A DNA stretch of 64,000 nt. Source: Tubulanus polymorphus (Eukaryota; Animalia; Nemertea). Under the pieces are notes generated by a model. It was not told where the DNA came from. It saw only the letters and a list, made by a program, of their open reading frames with translations, and did no database searches. Below, one piece after another: positions 63,374-64,000 of the stretch. Positions within the stretch are counted from its first letter, which is position 1. Every line of letters starts with the position of its first letter. Both the position numbers and the translations under genes were made by a program. The stretch covers positions 15,928,950 through 15,992,949 of the forward strand of contig NC_134029.1 in the NCBI RefSeq assembly GCF_964204645.1, written 5' to 3'.

Positions 63374-63739
63374 TGTCTTTATTGTCTTTATTAGTTTTAG
63401 TACTTTTAGTACATAAAGAATATATCTTTATTTTATTAGTACTTAGAACATTAAATATGGAAATATTTTTATATATGATAAATCTATGATATTTATCATT
63501 ATTGAAACAGTGATATATAATAAATATGTGTGATAAATAAATTTTATTATTGGAACAGTAATATAAAATAAATATGTGTGATAAATAAATATAATTATTG
63601 AAACAGTAATATATATATTTATGTCTTTATCTCTTTAGTTGTTTAGTAGTTTTTAAAATAATTTTATTCACTACTTATAATATAAAGATTTATTCTTTAT
63701 GTACTAAAAGTACTAAAAGTACTAAAGACAATAAAGACA
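63374..63739. repeat. ~66-bp inverted repeat enclosing direct repeats, upstream of pPolB element 3
   Basis: tgtctttattgtcttta..tagtacataaagaat (63374-63440) versus its complement (63673-63739); internal attgaaacagt.atat..ataaatatgtgtgataaataa repeats. Confidence 0.85.
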
Positions 63740-64000
63740 TAAGGGGTATTATATTCATGTTTTAAATTACTTTTTTGATTCTAATTCTAAAAACAATTTG
63801 AGCCGTGCATCTTTTAATTCTTGTGATTTTCTATTACCTTCAAATTCACCTAATAGTTTAGTATGTTAACCATCAACAGCATTCGAATTCTTAGCATACA
63901 ATTCATAAGTTAAATAAATATATTGGTTTAATTTGTCTTCACTTATATTTTTATATTTATTTTTTGCATCATTTATTATTTCATTTATAACATCCTGTGA

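Larger units (their letters stand above)
59101..64000 (-). mobile_element. Polinton element 3 (partial; runs off the window)
   Basis: Minus-strand pPolB close to element 1, HNH gene directly downstream, inverted-repeat region and a further AT-rich ORF remnant upstream. Confidence 0.88.

Noticed and set aside
19208-64000. Contaminating free virus or bacterial/phage DNA as the source of the intein
   Set aside because: Genes are pseudogenised, interrupted by host-type transposons and contiguous with an intron-containing host gene; long reads would confirm.

Overview
AT-rich eukaryotic (invertebrate-type) genomic DNA with spliceosomal introns. Positions 1-19.2 kb hold the first seven coding exons of a purine-biosynthesis gene (PFAS/FGAM synthase, minus strand, continuing off the left edge), embedded in nested non-autonomous transposons (Helentron-type HINEs, MITEs, solo-LTR-like repeats). 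Positions 19.2-64 kb hold three related, partly decayed endogenous Polinton/Maverick (adintovirus-like) elements. Element 1 (~19208-44247) has TIRs, pPolB, minor and major capsid, packaging ATPase, integrase and an HNH nuclease; its pPolB is split by a 7.3-kb HINE that contains an intact pogo transposon. Element 2 (~48115-58950) has a divergent pPolB and a near-identical capsid module. Element 3 (59101 to beyond 64000) is on the minus strand. Highlights: (i) a giant-virus-type intein with a LAGLIDADG homing endonuclease sits in motif C (YFD|TD) of the element 2 pPolB, with an empty allele in element 1 and a microhomology deletion across the same site in element 3; (ii) most viral genes start at TAAATG preceded by a T-run or an A-rich core, resembling poxvirus late and intermediate promoters. 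Together these suggest an endogenous animal virus that parasitises a cytoplasmic large DNA virus (inference). All calls come from reading the sequence; no database searches were run, and identity figures are visual estimates.
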